40,196 nucleotides of DNA from a virus. Its lineage: Duplodnaviria; Caudoviricetes. Position 1 is the stretch's first letter; every line of letters begins with the position of its first letter. The translations under genes and the position numbers were made by a program. Of the stretch, positions 37,633 through 40,196 are shown piece by piece. The notes beneath the pieces are model-generated. The model did not search any database and was not told the DNA's origin. It saw only the letters and a program-made list of their open reading frames with translations. Where the stretch lies: the IMG/VR virus record IMGVR_UViG_3300030207_002263, positions 1-40,196 of that record; one strand, given 5' to 3'.

Positions 37633-38736
37633 TTAGTGGATGTCTTGGTTGACTTTGTAATCAACGTACTCAGCGGTCCCTTTGATGATGTCCACATCTT
37701 TGCGACTGCCAGTAGCAGCCCAGAAGACCGGGACAAGCTCCTCATTCATGGACCGAACAACTTTCAGTGCGTTGCTGAGATTCGACGGGTCACATCTCTG
37801 TGAGAGAATCGAAGTCAGCGCGAACTGAGTAGATAGCTCCTCAGGCGTGGGCTGGTCAGGATCATCTAGGTAGTCCATCACGTTGGGCAGGTTACGCATG
37901 GTCCTGAGAAAACCCATGAACTCAGCAGCAACCCCAGCACCTAGGCAGGACTCGAAAGCCTCAGCCTCCTCCTCAGCATTGTAGCCGTAGTCGAAGAACC
38001 TAGACGCTTGAGTCCAAGACCTATGCGTGGCAATGGCGACTCTGTCCTTAGGCGCTCCCCCGTCCGGGAACTCGTGCATGCAACCGTTCTGGCCTCCAAC
38101 GCCCTCACCCCTGAACATCAGGAAAGCGATTATTGAGGCATCCAACCCGGCGGGTCTGGCATAGTCCTCTACCCAGTGTGCGGTTGGCTGGTAAACGTCG
38201 AAGTGCTGCGAGAATCGATTCATCTGTGCAGCGTCACGCCTACCGTGTACACCCGCGCCATCCTGGGGTCTGTTGCTGGCTGCGATCACAACCCAGCCCT
38301 TGGGCAGCTCGTAGTTGCCGATACGCCCGTCATTCAGTAGCTGATAGGTAACGTGCTCGACTGAGGCACTGGCTAGCTGGACCTCATCTAAGAACCACAT
38401 GCCATACTTACCGTCACGCTCCTCAGTGGGTAGCCACTCAGGGACGGCAAATCTGGTCATATCGTTGGCGACTTGCGGCATACCCGTGAAGTCTGTTGAG
38501 TCGAGCTGAGACACTCGTGTATCGATCAGCTTGAAGGAGCCGAACTCCTCAGCTAGAAGATCAGCGGCGGCTCGAACTGCTGAAGACTTAGCGACACCAT
38601 ACGGCCCCCACAACATCTGAGGAAGGATGCGGTCAGCGCCGTCCTCCATGCCTCGAATGTTGGTAATGGTAGCTTTAACGATGTGCTTGATAACACTGCG
38701 AACTGTAACTTTTGTGGCATTTATAGCCATAGGCAT
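37633..38736 (-). CDS. AAA+ ATPase (MoxR/CbbQ-like)
   Basis: Walker A 'WGPYGVAKS', Walker B 'WFLDE', 'IAASNR', 'MNRF', 'ATHRSW'; CAGGAG SD. Confidence 0.88.
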   Translation of the reverse strand: MPMAINATKVTVRSVIKHIVKATITNIRGMEDGADRILPQMLWGPYGVAKSSAVRAAADLLAEEFGSFKLIDTRVSQLDSTDFTGMPQVANDMTRFAVPEWLPTEERDGKYGMWFLDEVQLASASVEHVTYQLLNDGRIGNYELPKGWVVIAASNRPQDGAGVHGRRDAAQMNRFSQHFDVYQPTAHWVEDYARPAGLDASIIAFLMFRGEGVGGQNGCMHEFPDGGAPKDRVAIATHRSWTQASRFFDYGYNAEEEAEAFESCLGAGVAAEFMGFLRTMRNLPNVMDYLDDPDQPTPEELSTQFALTSILSQRCDPSNLSNALKVVRSMNEELVPVFWAATGSRKDVDIIKGTAEYVDYKVNQDIH

Positions 38737-38746
38737 TTACTCCTGT

Positions 38747-38807
38747 TGGTTTTCCAAGACCCCCGGAGGGGTTTCGGCTAGTTACCAGCTAGCTCTCATC
38801 AGTTGGA
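38747..38807 (-). ncRNA. Hammerhead ribozyme type I (HH-C)
   Basis: UCCAA CUGAUGA GAGCUAG-CUGGUAA-CUAGCC GAAA CCCC-UCCG-GGGG UC^ UUGGA AAACCA; loop UGGU pairs with ACCA; cut 38758/38757. Confidence 0.93.
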
Positions 38808-38957
38808 TTCAATAGCTAAGACATTGTCGAACCAGTCGTTAAAGTCTTTAGCAGTGGCGAAGCTAGGCACAACGATGGTCCCGCTATACTCAACTTGCCC
38901 GGTCTCATAATCGAAGTACGCGACAGTGCCGCGCTCGATATCTATTTGCTCACGCAT
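38799..38957 (-). CDS. Hypothetical 52-aa protein (MREQIDIERG...)
   Basis: GGGAGG SD at 38967-38972; its stop codon is the UGA within the HH-C CUGAUGA core. Confidence 0.65.
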   Translation of the reverse strand: MREQIDIERGTVAYFDYETGQVEYSGTIVVPSFATAKDFNDWFDNVLAIESN

Positions 38958-39174
38958 ATTTATTGGCCTCCCTAAATTCATAGATTCCCAAGATTAAAAA
39001 GCCGATGCCGTTGATCACGAACAAAGGCCCAACAAAACTGAACACAACATGCACCTGTTCACTAGTGAAGTAGTACATGAAGGTCAGCGCCAACCCGCTC
39101 AAGAAAACAAAAGACCCCAATAAGAAGTGGCCTAGAAACTTGAGCAAGGCAAAGATCAGTCTGGTATTAGTCAA
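38950..39174 (-). CDS. Small two-TM membrane protein
   Basis: TTG start at 39174 after a CGGAG SD downstream of HH-B; two hydrophobic segments. Confidence 0.65.
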   Translation of the reverse strand: MTNTRLIFALLKFLGHFLLGSFVFLSGLALTFMYYFTSEQVHVVFSFVGPLFVINGIGFLILGIYEFREANKYA

Positions 39175-39187
39175 TATTAAAACTCCG

Positions 39188-39250
39188 TTAGTTTTCCAAG
39201 ACGCCCGGAGGGCGTTTCGACTGGTCACTAATCAGTCTCATCAGTTGGAA
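39188..39250 (-). ncRNA. Hammerhead ribozyme type I (HH-B)
   Basis: UUCCAA CUGAUGA GACUG-AUUAGUGAC-CAGUC GAAA CGCCC-UCC-GGGCG UC^ UUGGAA AACUAA; loop UUAGU pairs with ACUAA; cut 39200/39199. Confidence 0.95.
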
Positions 39251-39433
39251 TTAGAGGTAAGGGTTGGAGGCGTTCAGCGCCGCCGTCCGGGCATCCTTAC
39301 CAGATAGGAAGAGGTGAGTTGCTGTATCCCAGCAGACTCTACCCGCATGAAGAGCGTAGTCATCACGCTCATTTATAGCCCGCTCATACCGGGCCATCCA
39401 AAGGGCGCGTTTCGCCGCTTGTCTTGATTGCAT
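39251..39433 (-). CDS. Hypothetical protein ('GRVCWDTATHLFLSG')
   Basis: GGAGG SD; TAA directly abuts HH-B stem I. Confidence 0.7.
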   Translation of the reverse strand: MQSRQAAKRALWMARYERAINERDDYALHAGRVCWDTATHLFLSGKDARTAALNASNPYL

Positions 39434-39609
39434 TAAAGTACCTCCGCTATTGCTAGGGCATCACCCCAAGTTAACTTGACGGCGTATGCGTCCATCGTGT
39501 ACTCGCGTATCTGATCCGCTACCCCGTCCATATCGCGGCCGCTATTCATAAGAAAGCGTATAGCCGCACCCAGTATGTCCTCCAATTGGACAGTATTTAG
39601 TTTCTTCAT
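39433..39609 (-). CDS. Hypothetical 58-aa protein (MKKLNTVQLEDILGAAIRF...)
   Basis: ATGA and TAATG overlaps with both neighbours; not in the ORF track. Confidence 0.7.
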   Translation of the reverse strand: MKKLNTVQLEDILGAAIRFLMNSGRDMDGVADQIREYTMDAYAVKLTWGDALAIAEVL

Positions 39610-39758
39610 ATTTGATAACCCCCGGCTGACACAGAGCCGTTGTTGTTTAGAAATGACCTGACCGATGCGAAGAACCTACGCTTTCGCATGATCATTTTAT
39701 TCAGAGCTATGCGTCTACGATTGTGGCGTAGCACTCTCTGTATCTCTTGTTCACTCAT
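39606..39758 (-). CDS. Small Arg-rich protein (MSEQEIQRVLRHNRRR...)
   Basis: ATG 39758 is the first in-frame ATG downstream of the HH-A cut; the longer GTG version would run through the ribozyme. Confidence 0.6.
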   Translation of the reverse strand: MSEQEIQRVLRHNRRRIALNKMIMRKRRFFASVRSFLNNNGSVSAGGYQI

Positions 39759-39776
39759 AACTGAGCACTCACATTT

Positions 39777-39833
39777 TAGTTTTCCAAGACCTTGCGGTTT
39801 CGGCGGGGAACTACCCCGCACTCATCAGTTGGA
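39777..39833 (-). ncRNA. Hammerhead ribozyme type I (HH-A)
   Basis: UCCAA CUGAUGA GUGCGGGG-UAGUU-CCCCGCC GAAA CC-GCAA-GG UC^ UUGGA AAACUA; GNRA loop III; loop UAGUU pairs with AACUA; cut 39788/39787. Confidence 0.95.
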
Positions 39834-40081
39834 TTGCGAAAGCTTCGAGGATGAATCAAAGCCAATAGCCCGGTTCGCGTTGTCGGCATTTGTTGTATGC
39901 CTTCCGGGGAACTTGTGTATCGCTAAACGCCGTAGGAGCGCCGGACTCTTACCGGAGGGGCTTGACCTCTATGATCGTAGCAGCATCACACTGCGCCCCT
40001 ATCGCGTGAGCTAGGCTCACCAGATTTATTTTTGATCAGTCCTAAGACTGGCGGGATTGAGGCTCCCCGTGGCCTGAGCGG

Positions 40082-40112
40082 ATTATACACACAGTACACA
40101 GTACTTTGTAAA
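40082..40112 (-). promoter_or_regulatory. Candidate sigma70 early promoter
   Basis: Perfect TATAAT (40087-40082), TTTACA (40112-40107) with a suboptimal 19-nt spacer, very AT-rich upstream sequence. Confidence 0.5.
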
Positions 40113-40196
40113 CAGTTTATTAATAAATAATTAAATAACCGCTCTGCATATAAAACGAATGGGTTTTAAAAGTATTACAAAAAAATTTGGATTGCG

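Noticed and set aside
35383-39833. Recurring TCCAAGA...CTCATCAGTTGGA motif read as a CRISPR repeat, att site or phage promoter
   Set aside because: Spacing is irregular (0.4-3.4 kb) and the variable interiors form compensating stems around the hammerhead core, which explains the motif fully.
39640-40014. 124-aa plus-strand ORF
   Set aside because: It is antisense to the early operon and HH-A, has a TTG start without SD and no recognisable motif.
40187-40196. TTGGATTGCG at the window end also occurs at 39829-39838
   Set aside because: Only 10 bp and truncated by the window edge; cannot be distinguished from chance or an assembly end effect.

Overview
This window is a 40-kb piece of a tailed dsDNA phage genome, podovirus-like and resembling uncultured marine phages; host assignment is not possible from the sequence alone. 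Plus strand 1-25723 is a late module: tail fibres, a 2OG-Fe(II) oxygenase, small membrane proteins, a 3TM holin, a GH24 lysozyme, a tail protein, putative ejected core proteins and a 2892-aa polyvalent protein. Minus strand 25700-31040 is a recombination module (Sak3-like annealase, SSB-like, NinB-like, Cas4-like exonuclease). Plus strand 31096-34015 carries RusA and a primase-helicase. Minus strand 34553-39833 is a putative early operon with an AAA ATPase / DUF3150-like / DUF2201 triad. The main finding is four type I hammerhead ribozymes on the minus strand that punctuate the early operon. All four share the stem I sequence UCCAA/UUGGA, each has its own covarying loop II pseudoknot, and each would cut 21-29 nt upstream of a start codon. 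This suggests a protein-free mRNA segmentation system, possibly with circularisation. Also found: an in-frame A_AAA_AAG -1 frameshift candidate at 5255-5261 opening an otherwise startless 146-codon frame, and a pseudoknotted structured RNA candidate at 25977-26058. Family names come from motif recognition, not database searches.
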